Source of the DNA: Candidatus Altiarchaeales archaeon IMC4
GTDB lineage: Archaea; Altiarchaeota; Altiarchaeia; IMC4
Assembly: GCA_001742785.1 (NCBI GenBank)
Contig: MCBF01000001.1
Span: forward strand, 345,571-356,335
Direction: 5' to 3'
DNA: 10,765 nt
In this document: one piece after another, positions 1 to 7,009 of the stretch
How positions within the stretch are numbered: position 1 is the first letter of the stretch
How the letters are laid out: each line of letters starts with the position of its first letter
Notes under the pieces: model-generated
Seen by the model: only the letters and a program-made list of their open reading frames with translations
What the model was told of the DNA's origin: nothing
Database searches by the model: none
Translations under genes and position numbers: made by a program

Positions 1-1
1 A

Positions 2-181
2 GACGACTTCAACACAAAGGAAAGGGAACTGGTCGCGCTGTTAAAGGCGTCGAAAGAACTGGAGTGCGATAATCTCACTATCATAACGTGGAGCAAAAAA
101 GGGGAAGAAACCACAAAAGGTAAAAATATAAAATACATCCCTCTTTGGGAATGGCTTTTACAGATTCCCGAAGGGGAATAA
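2..181 (+). CDS. 3' end of a 5'-truncated ORF, probably an ATP-binding protein of the COG1373 (AAA+ / DUF4143) family
   Basis: Not in the ORF track. Frame 2 is open from base 2 to TAA at 179-181 and reads DDFNTKERELVALLKASKELECDNLTIITWSKKGEETTKGKNIKYIPLWEWLLQIPEGE. The 'TKERE..AL.KA..EL......IIT' and 'I.YIPLW.WLL' pattern is the C-terminus I recall for this family. Confidence 0.7.
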   Translation, partial: DDFNTKERELVALLKASKELECDNLTIITWSKKGEETTKGKNIKYIPLWEWLLQIPEGE

Positions 182-195
182 TCGGCGAACCTAAA

Positions 196-783
196 ATGCA
201 ACAAATCGGCCGCGGGGCGGAAGCCAACCTCTACCTCGAATGCGGAAAACTGGTCAAGCACAGGATAAAGAAGGAGTACCGTATCTGCGAGATTGACATC
301 CGCATCAGGAAGTCCAGGACAAAGCGCGAGGCGAAACTCCTTGAGAGGGCGGGTGAGTTGATAAGCGTCCCGAGGGTCTTTGAAACCGACTCCGCCGAGA
401 AGATTGTCATGGAGTTTGTCGAGGGCAAAACCGTGAAGGAGTTTATGGGGTCGGCCGACGACAAAGAGGTAAAAAAAATCTCTGAAAAAATCGGCGGATA
501 CATCAGGAAACTGCACGAGGGCGGGATCGTGCACAACGACCTGACGACCTCGAACATGATCATCCGCGGCGGGAAACTGGTCTTCATAGACTTCGGGCTG
601 GGGGTCTTTTCAAAGCGGCTCGAGGAGCAGGCGATGGACCTCGTGGTTTTGAAAAAGTCGCTCAGGGCGGCGCACACCGAGAGGTTTGAACCCATATGGG
701 AATCGATACTTGCAGGCTACGGGCAGGACAGGGAAATCGAATGTAGGATAAAAACGATAGAGAAGAGGGTCAGGTACGCATAA
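196..783 (+). CDS. bud32: KEOPS complex kinase/ATPase Bud32 (stand-alone, not fused to Kae1)
   Basis: Motifs GRGAEA, LVKHR, R..RTKREAKLL, HNDLTTSNM, IDFGL, A.DL.VL and the C-terminal IEKRVRY. The ATG at 196 is preferred to the track's TTG at 145, which lies inside the upstream gene. Confidence 0.93.
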   Translation: MQQIGRGAEANLYLECGKLVKHRIKKEYRICEIDIRIRKSRTKREAKLLERAGELISVPRVFETDSAEKIVMEFVEGKTVKEFMGSADDKEVKKISEKIGGYIRKLHEGGIVHNDLTTSNMIIRGGKLVFIDFGLGVFSKRLEEQAMDLVVLKKSLRAAHTERFEPIWESILAGYGQDREIECRIKTIEKRVRYA

Positions 784-808
784 ATATCCCGACCGACATA
801 TTATAACG

Positions 809-1846
809 ATGCCAACCAAAAGCAAAATCCCCGAGGGCTATAACAAAGACATCACCATCGCAACCATAGGAAGCCACACAGCCCTTCAGATTCTCAAGGG
901 CGCAAAGGACGAGGGCTTCGCAACATTGGTCATCTGCACCGAAAAAAACAGGCAGGTTTACGAGCGCTTCAATTCGGCGGACGATATGGAAATCGTTAAA
1001 GATTATAAAGACATTCTTTCAGAAAAATTCCAGAAAAAACTGCTTGAGAAAAACGTGGTTCTTATTCCGCACGGCTCATTCGTGGAATACGTCGGGGCGA
1101 AAAACATCGAGAAAAAATTAGCCGTTCCGATGTTCGGAAACAAGGGCACGCTGGACTGGGAGTCCGACAGGAAAAAAGCAAAGGTCTGGCTGACGGATGC
1201 AGGGGTTAAGGCGCCAAGGGAGTTCAAGGACCCGAAGGACATCAAGGACTTAGTAATCGTTAAGTTCCCCGGCGCGAAGGGTGGCAGGGGTTATTTTACT
1301 ACGTTCTGCGAAGAGGATTTTTCGGATAATTTGAAACTGTGCAAGAACCCCCAAGAGTACACAATACAAGAGTATGTTGTCGGCACCAGGTTTTACCCGC
1401 ACTACTTTTACAGCCCTCTGACAGACAAGGTTGAACTTTTGAGCATGGACATCCGCTACGAGTCAAACGCAGACGGGCTTGCAAGAACAGCGGGGCAGAC
1501 AGATGTCGAACCCACATTCACCGTAACCGGCAACACCCCGGTCGTCGTGCGCGAATCGCTTCTTCCGAAGATCCTTGAGATGGGCGACGCCGTGGTGAAG
1601 TCGTCGAAAAAACTTTTCGCCCCGGGGCTAATCGGGCCGTTCTGCATAGAAACGATATGCAAGGACGACCTCGAATTCGTGGCCTTTGAAATCTCGGCGA
1701 GGATTGTCGCCGGGACAAACCTTTACGTCCAGGGTTCGCCGTACTCCCAGTTGATTTATGACGAGCCGATGAGCACCGGCAGGAGAATAGCAAGGGAGAT
1801 AAAGATTGCGCAAAATAAAAGGATGCTCGACAGAATAATCTACTGA
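809..1846 (+). CDS. purP: Formate--phosphoribosylaminoimidazolecarboxamide ligase (AICAR formyltransferase, ATP-grasp PurP)
   Basis: IATIGSHTALQILKGAKDEGF, IPHGSFVEY, GAKGGRGYF, D.RYESN.DG, GNTPVVVRESLL, FEISARIVAGTN and MSTGRRIAREIK are PurP-family signatures. Confidence 0.93.
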   Translation: MPTKSKIPEGYNKDITIATIGSHTALQILKGAKDEGFATLVICTEKNRQVYERFNSADDMEIVKDYKDILSEKFQKKLLEKNVVLIPHGSFVEYVGAKNIEKKLAVPMFGNKGTLDWESDRKKAKVWLTDAGVKAPREFKDPKDIKDLVIVKFPGAKGGRGYFTTFCEEDFSDNLKLCKNPQEYTIQEYVVGTRFYPHYFYSPLTDKVELLSMDIRYESNADGLARTAGQTDVEPTFTVTGNTPVVVRESLLPKILEMGDAVVKSSKKLFAPGLIGPFCIETICKDDLEFVAFEISARIVAGTNLYVQGSPYSQLIYDEPMSTGRRIAREIKIAQNKRMLDRIIY

Positions 1847-1849
1847 AAG

Positions 1850-2335
1850 ATGACAAGACACGAACTCCCCCTTGACGGCATGAAAAGGATAATCGATGAA
1901 CTCGACGGCAGCAGCAAGCTTTCGGAGGCACTGGGCGACCCGGCATCAAAGTCGCTTGGCCTGGTCGCCGACGGGGGCCTGTTGAGGATAGAGCTGTGGG
2001 AACATCTGGACCCGAACGCCGAGAAGAAAAAGGCGCTCGTAGAAACCGTCAGCAGGGTCGTAAAGAACAATTCTGATTTTTCGCCGGGCGAGGAAACGCC
2101 GGGCGACCCGGGGCGTCTGGGAATCCGGCTTGACGCGGTGAAAAACATAATCTTCGGCCTTGAGGCAAACCCCACGCTGAAGGGGCTTTTCAACGGGCAG
2201 GTTTCAAGGAACCTCGTCATAGCCGCAGAGGACAACAACATAATGATAGAGAAATACTGGCGCCTGAAGCTCACCGAGAAGGAAAACGAGGATTTCATAA
2301 AGGTCCTCGACAAGGTGATAAAGTCAAACACCTAA
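1850..2335 (+). CDS. Hypothetical protein, 161 aa, built from two ~70-aa internal repeats
   Basis: Starts 3 nt after the purP stop. Residues 8-74 align without gaps to 94-160 (16 identities), which supports it being a real gene. Confidence 0.8.
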   Translation: MTRHELPLDGMKRIIDELDGSSKLSEALGDPASKSLGLVADGGLLRIELWEHLDPNAEKKKALVETVSRVVKNNSDFSPGEETPGDPGRLGIRLDAVKNIIFGLEANPTLKGLFNGQVSRNLVIAAEDNNIMIEKYWRLKLTEKENEDFIKVLDKVIKSNT

Positions 2336-2394
2336 TATATGCAAGTGCAAAAATTTTGGAACTTTTTAATTTGAATTTTTGCACTTGGATATAT
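2335..2394. repeat. 21-bp inverted repeat (one mismatch) with an 18-nt spacer
   Basis: ATATATgCAAGTGCAAAAATT (2335-2355) pairs with AATTTTTGCACTTGgATATAT (2374-2394). The 14-bp core 2342-2355/2374-2387 is perfect. Confidence 0.9.
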
Positions 2395-2440
2395 CGAATC
2401 ACATTTAGATAAAAGTTCTATTATTTATGTGATTCGCTAT

Positions 2441-2746
2441 ATGCTTCCCGTAAGGCAGAAAAACGGAGGCGTCCTGATCGACATTTCTGTTGTCCCCAAT
2501 TCCAAAAAAGAGGGAATTTTTGTTGAGGGGGACACAATCAGGGTCAGGGTAAAAGCGCCCGCGGACAAGGGAAAGGCAAACAAAGAGGTAATCAAAAGGT
2601 TGTCAAAACTTTTCGGCGCATGCGAGATGGTTTCTGGTGCCTCATCAAGGAAAAAGACGGTTTTCGTTGACGGCGCGACGATACAGGATGCCCTCAGAGC
2701 GATTGAATCAATTTCCTATACGTTTACTACCTCTTTCGTTTTTTAA
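2441..2746 (+). CDS. DUF167 (YggU/UPF0235) family protein
   Basis: GVLIDISVVPNSKKEGI, IRVRVKAPADKGKANKEVIKRLSKLFG and MVSGASSRKKTV match DUF167. The ATG at 2441 is preferred to the GTG at 2429. Confidence 0.9.
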   Translation: MLPVRQKNGGVLIDISVVPNSKKEGIFVEGDTIRVRVKAPADKGKANKEVIKRLSKLFGACEMVSGASSRKKTVFVDGATIQDALRAIESISYTFTTSFVF

Positions 2747-2791
2747 AGGATAAGTCAATAATTAAGTGAATTCAGGTCACATCAATTCACG

Positions 2792-2957
2792 GAATTCATT
2801 CGCATTAGAAAGTATTTCTATACTTTCTAATGGGACATAAAAATCAATAACAGATTGATTTTTCTTGTCACCATCACTATTACCCGTTTGTATTTATTGA
2901 TACGACGCTCAACCCTGTGATTAGCGGATGACTTCTCGGACTGGTGCGGATGAATTC
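2792..2957. repeat. Structured intergenic element upstream of dnaG, containing hairpin modules A and B inside a long-range closing stem
   Basis: 13-bp hairpin CATTAGAAAGTAT/ATACTTTCTAATG (2803-2832). 10-bp hairpin AAAAATCAAT/ATTGATTTTT (2839-2863), flanked by GACA/TGTC. GAATTCATTCGCA (2792-2804) is complementary to TGCGGATGAATTC (2945-2957) with one G:U pair. Confidence 0.75.
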
Positions 2958-2989
2958 ACGAATTTTAAACGATACATGAGGCAAATAAA

Positions 2990-4129
2990 ATGGCAAAAGC
3001 ACCAACAGATACGATAAAATACAATATACGCGGCGAAATTACGATTGACGGAGCAGTAGAAAAACCCGACGTTGTCGGGGCGATTTTCGGGCAGGCCGAG
3101 GGGCTTCTGGGCGAGGAACTGGAGCTGAGGGACCTGCAGAAGACCGGAAGAATCGGGCGCATTGAGGTCGATATAACGACAAAGGCAGGCAAATCCACAG
3201 GAACCCTCGTCGTGCCCTCATCCCTTGACATGGTGGAGACCGCGATAATCGCGTCCGCCGTGGAGACGGTTGACAGGGTCGGCCCATGCAACGCAAAGAT
3301 AACCATAAAGGACATAGAAGACGCGCGCAGTGCGAAGAGAAAGTTGCTTATAAACAGGGCGCAGGAATTGCTGAAGAGGCTCATGAGCGACGAGATACCA
3401 GAAACCGCAGAGCTTACCGACGAGGTAAGAAAGTCCGTCCAGCTGAGCGAGATAACAAACTACAAGGGGCTTCCGGCAGGGCCGTCAGTAAAGGACGCGG
3501 ACAGCATTATAATCGTCGAAGGCAGGGCCGACGTACTTAACCTGCTCAAGGGCGGGATAAAAAATGCGGTTGCGGTCGGCGGCACGAACATCCCCCCGCA
3601 GATAGTCGAGCTGGCAAGAGAAAAGACTGCGATAGCATTCATTGACGGCGACCGGGGGGGCGACATGATACTCAAGGAGCTGTGCCAGGTCGCAGACATC
3701 GACTTCGCGGCAAGGGCCCCGCCGGGCAAGGAAGTCGAGGAGCTTGGGAAGAAAGAGGTTGTAATGGCGCTTCGCAGGAAGGTTCCGGTCGATCAGGTGC
3801 GCGCCGAAAAGGCGACGACTGCGGCGGTGCAATCCCCGCAGGCGGCAGGAGGCGGCAACAGCTCCGCCCTCCTTGACGAGCTCAAATCCATAAAGGGCAA
3901 ACTCGTTGCGAGGCTCTTTGACAAGGAAATGAAGCAGATAACCGAGGTAGAAATCAAGGACCTGATCAACAGCCTTGCCGAAGTGAAGCCGGATTGTGTG
4001 GTATTCGACGGCATAGTCACACAGCGGCTGGTTGACAGCGCGTCAAGGGCGCACGTTAAAACACTGGTCGGCATAAACAAGTCGGCAATCTCAATCACAC
4101 ACAATATACAAATAGTGACAGAGAAATAG
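2990..4129 (+). CDS. dnaG: Archaeal DnaG (TOPRIM protein, exosome-associated primase homologue)
   Basis: N-terminal [42 protein letters not shown] motifs IIVEGRADV and [20 protein letters not shown], and C-terminal [13 protein letters not shown]. Confidence 0.95.
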   Translation: MAKAPTDTIKYNIRGEITIDGAVEKPDVVGAIFGQAEGLLGEELELRDLQKTGRIGRIEVDITTKAGKSTGTLVVPSSLDMVETAIIASAVETVDRVGPCNAKITIKDIEDARSAKRKLLINRAQELLKRLMSDEIPETAELTDEVRKSVQLSEITNYKGLPAGPSVKDADSIIIVEGRADVLNLLKGGIKNAVAVGGTNIPPQIVELAREKTAIAFIDGDRGGDMILKELCQVADIDFAARAPPGKEVEELGKKEVVMALRRKVPVDQVRAEKATTAAVQSPQAAGGGNSSALLDELKSIKGKLVARLFDKEMKQITEVEIKDLINSLAEVKPDCVVFDGIVTQRLVDSASRAHVKTLVGINKSAISITHNIQIVTEK

Positions 4130-4143
4130 TTACCCCCATCAAA

Positions 4144-4548
4144 ATGATTGCTAAGCGGAAAAAGGCGGTCGAAAAAACTACTTCGAAGAAGGCTGAAAAA
4201 ACGGCGAAAATACGGCAGGAACTGAGGGCCATAAACAGGAAACTCACTGCGATTGCCCGCGAGGTTTCAAAAAGCACCGAATCCAAGGTCGTTGATGAGG
4301 ACCTCAGGAGGATAGAAGACAAGGTCAAAATCATGCGAAACGGTGCTGAAGAGAATGACATACTTTTCTACCGGAACTTCATCTTAAGGTGCATGAAGTG
4401 CGAAAAGGAGTTCGAGCACACGGCAGAGGTTCGCGCGTCAAGGGGGCAGGTCGAATGCCCCGAATGCCTAAAAAGGCACGAAATATTTATAAAACCCGTT
4501 TCAAAGCGGTACTCTGTCGATGCAAAACACTTAGAAGTAGTTAAATAA
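4144..4548 (+). CDS. Hypothetical protein with a basic/helical N-terminus and a C-terminal zinc ribbon
   Basis: CMKC...CPEC pair and a Lys-rich N-terminus. It fills the gap between dnaG (14 nt upstream) and purF (22 nt downstream). Confidence 0.75.
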   Translation: MIAKRKKAVEKTTSKKAEKTAKIRQELRAINRKLTAIAREVSKSTESKVVDEDLRRIEDKVKIMRNGAEENDILFYRNFILRCMKCEKEFEHTAEVRASRGQVECPECLKRHEIFIKPVSKRYSVDAKHLEVVK

Positions 4549-4558
4549 GCCGGATTCA

Positions 4559-4566
4559 GGAGGGGT
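4559..4566 (+). promoter_or_regulatory. Shine-Dalgarno-like site for purF
   Basis: GGAGGGGT ends 4 nt before the GTG start at 4571. Confidence 0.6.
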
Positions 4567-4570
4567 AATT

Positions 4571-5935
4571 GTGATTAAATCACGCGACAAATGCGGGGTC
4601 TTTGGAATAAAATCCAAAAGCGGCGTTTTCGATAGGATATACTACGGACTTTACGCCCTGCAGCACCGCGGGCAGGAATCGGCGGGCATGGCCATGTGCA
4701 CGGACCATATAAGGGTTCACAAGGACATGGGGCTTGTAACCGAGGTTTTCAACCATATACACCTCGAGGGCAACATCGGCATAGGCCACGTAAGATATTC
4801 CACTACCGGCGGGTCTAAGATAGAAAACGCCCAGCCGCTGTTCATACAGTACTCCGGGGGGAATTTTGCGATAGCTCACAACGGCAACATAATAAATTAC
4901 GCAGAGCTCAGGGAAACGCTGGAGAGGCGAGGCAGCATATTTTCCACGACCAGCGATACCGAGATGATCGCGCAGTTGATAGCGCAGGAGCACACGAAAC
5001 TCGGCGATTTTGTCGAGGGCATAAAAAGCGCTATGAATTACCTTGAAGGCTCTTATTCACTTGTAATACTTTGCGACAGGAAGATAATCGCCGTCAGGGA
5101 CCCGCACGGGTTCAGGCCGTTTGTTCTCGGGCAGTCCGGGGAGGATTACGCAGTCGCCTCCGAGAGCTGCGCTTTGGACTGCATAAACATGAAGCTCGTG
5201 CGGGACATAAAACCCTCCGAGATACTGGTAATCGGCAACTGCATCGAGTCGCACTTCGGGCCCGAGAAGAGAACAGCGCACTGCATGTTCGAGTATGTCT
5301 ATTTCGCGCGCCCGGATTCAATCATAAACGGAAAGTCCGTCTACGAGATACGCAAAAACCTCGGAAAAACCCTGGCCGAGGAAGCGCCTGCAAAAGCGGA
5401 CCGCGTCATCCCGGTTCCGGACTCCGGAAGAACCGCATCAATCGGCTATTCAAGAGAATCGAAAAAGACGTACGGGGAAGGGCTTATGAAAAACCGCTAT
5501 GTTGGCAGGACATTCATAATCCCCGAACAGGAAAACCGCGAGATGGAAGTCAAGATGAAATTAAACCCCATAAAAAGCGGAATCGAGGGCAAGAGCCTTG
5601 TGCTTGTAGACGACTCGCTGGTCAGGGGCACCACGATGAAACAACTGATACAGATAATAAAGGAGGCTAACGCAAAGGAGGTGCACGTCAGGATTTCTTC
5701 CCCTCCCATCCGCTACCCCTGCCACTATGGGATAGACATGCAGACTCAAACCGAGTTCATTGCATCGAAAAAAGACATCGAGGGCATAAGAAAAGAGATA
5801 GGGGCTGACTCTCTTGCCTACATATCGCTTGAGGGGCTTATAAACGCAATAGGGGAGCCGGAGAGCGAACTTTGCCTTGCCTGCCTGACCGGGGAATACC
5901 CGATAAAGCGCAAGGAGCAGACCAAACTATTATGA
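4571..5935 (+). CDS. purF: Amidophosphoribosyltransferase (Fe-S, propeptide-containing type)
   Basis: Short propeptide followed by CGVFG (Ntn nucleophile), LQHRGQESAG, GHVRYSTTG, AHNGN, SDTE, CMFEYVYFARPDS, PVPDSG, the PRPP loop VDDSLVRGTT, CHYGID and CLAC, giving four Fe-S Cys candidates. Confidence 0.97.
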   Translation: MIKSRDKCGVFGIKSKSGVFDRIYYGLYALQHRGQESAGMAMCTDHIRVHKDMGLVTEVFNHIHLEGNIGIGHVRYSTTGGSKIENAQPLFIQYSGGNFAIAHNGNIINYAELRETLERRGSIFSTTSDTEMIAQLIAQEHTKLGDFVEGIKSAMNYLEGSYSLVILCDRKIIAVRDPHGFRPFVLGQSGEDYAVASESCALDCINMKLVRDIKPSEILVIGNCIESHFGPEKRTAHCMFEYVYFARPDSIINGKSVYEIRKNLGKTLAEEAPAKADRVIPVPDSGRTASIGYSRESKKTYGEGLMKNRYVGRTFIIPEQENREMEVKMKLNPIKSGIEGKSLVLVDDSLVRGTTMKQLIQIIKEANAKEVHVRISSPPIRYPCHYGIDMQTQTEFIASKKDIEGIRKEIGADSLAYISLEGLINAIGEPESELCLACLTGEYPIKRKEQTKLL

Positions 5936-6193
5936 TTACTCTCTTTTAATCTTTGCGTGCTTTTCAGCTACCTTGTCCAGCCTTTTGTGAATGTGCAAGG
6001 CCTGTTCTCTAAGAAGGCCCATCCTCTTCTCGGTTATCTCACAGATGGCGTGTTCTATCGGAAGGACCGATGTACAAAGAAGGTCTATGAGAACCCGATT
6101 ATATGGCGCTTCCCCCTTTATTTTGTCCAGTTCCGACTTTACCTCTTTTGATATAGCAATGGTTGTAAACCTCTGCTGTTTTTGCGCGGCCAT
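5936..6193 (-). CDS. Small ribbon-helix-helix / VapB-antitoxin-like DNA-binding protein with a C-terminal helix
   Basis: FTTIAISKEVKSELDKIKGEAPYNRVLIDLL follows the 'TTI.IS.E....L..LK...SY..VI..LL' archaeal RHH pattern. It has its own AT-rich upstream region. Confidence 0.65.
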   Translation of the reverse strand: MAAQKQQRFTTIAISKEVKSELDKIKGEAPYNRVLIDLLCTSVLPIEHAICEITEKRMGLLREQALHIHKRLDKVAEKHAKIKRE

Positions 6194-6244
6194 TTTCAGT
6201 GTAATTTATAATTTATATGGACTTATTATTTATATATACATTTA
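6194..6244 (-). promoter_or_regulatory. Probable archaeal promoter region of the RHH-like gene
   Basis: Very AT-rich 51-nt gap. The minus strand has TATATAAA and two further TATAAA boxes upstream of the ATG. Which box is used cannot be determined. Confidence 0.45.
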
Positions 6245-7009
6245 TCACGGTTTTTGCAGTTCCGAGACAACTTCCCCCTGCGCGTTTTTCAGCGTTGCGG
6301 TGTCTCCGTCGTCGTTCCATACGCCTGTTTTTCTGCCCCAATAAAGGTTCGTGGCGGTGTCTGTTCCTATATTCGTATTCACCCTGACGGATGTTCCGGC
6401 CATCAGGGAAAATTCAGGGAATGTGTACACGTGGGGAGTCGCAGCATCATCCCCTAAAGTCCAGCCAACCGTATCAACTGCCGAGTTTCCGTTGTTTTTT
6501 ATCTCGACCCACTCCTGCGTAAGGCTTAAATCGGTTATCTCTATGCTGCTGCCGGACCCCGAAGAGCATGTGGTGCATACCTGTTTCGGGCAGTCGAGGA
6601 GGATGCACTGCGGGCAAACGCAATTTGTTTCCATGCAGGTGAGGTTGCATTCGGTCTTGGGGCACACACATTCAGGGCATACGCTTTTTGTTTCAAGCGA
6701 ACGGTTTTGCGCCGTGCCCTCGCGGTCGCCCGGGCACACACATACTGTCTCATTTTGGCAGGTGGCCTCAGGGGTTTTGCAATCGGAAGGATTGCCAACC
6801 AGCGCAGAGTCCGGGCACACATATTTGGCCTCGGTGGCTGCGGCGGTCGCGGGGCAAATCTTCTCTTCGGCAGTGCGGCACTCGCTTTGATGTTCGGCGA
6901 CCATCCCATCAGTGCAAACATATTTAATCTCCGCAACATTTTGCTTTCCGTCAATGCACCCACATACCAGAAAAACCACAATTACCGCAAGAATCTTCAC
7001 ACTTTTCAT
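6245..7009 (-). CDS. Predicted lipoprotein with a Cys-rich stalk and a C-terminal lamin-tail (LTD) domain
   Basis: Signal peptide with lipobox LVCG-C18, then 19 more Cys in residues 32-148. The C-terminal EWVEIKNNGNSAVD..GWTL.D, YTFP and VWNDDGDTATLKN..GEVV is the LTD pattern. Confidence 0.85.
   Translation of the reverse strand: MKSVKILAVIVVFLVCGCIDGKQNVAEIKYVCTDGMVAEHQSECRTAEEKICPATAAATEAKYVCPDSALVGNPSDCKTPEATCQNETVCVCPGDREGTAQNRSLETKSVCPECVCPKTECNLTCMETNCVCPQCILLDCPKQVCTTCSSGSGSSIEITDLSLTQEWVEIKNNGNSAVDTVGWTLGDDAATPHVYTFPEFSLMAGTSVRVNTNIGTDTATNLYWGRKTGVWNDDGDTATLKNAQGEVVSELQKP

Noticed and set aside
145..195. TTG-initiated N-terminal extension of Bud32 in the ORF track
   Set aside because: It overlaps the upstream ORF ending at 181, and Bud32 similarity begins at the ATG at 196 (MQQIGRGAEA).
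2747..2989. SRP RNA, RNase P RNA or box C/D sRNA
   Set aside because: I found no SRP helix-8 motif, no RNase P GAGGAAAGTCC-type motif and no clean RTGATGA/CTGA pair. GCGGATGA only loosely resembles a C box. An Rfam scan would be needed to exclude divergent forms.
231..5749. Antisense and alternate-frame ORFs over bud32, purP, the 1850 gene, dnaG and purF (e.g. 1840-2331 -, 5071-5670 +)
   Set aside because: They are shadows of well-supported genes, with Ser/Phe- or Arg-rich composition and no motifs.
5936..6244. Complete toxin-antitoxin module
   Set aside because: There is no room for, or sign of, a toxin gene beside the RHH-like ORF.
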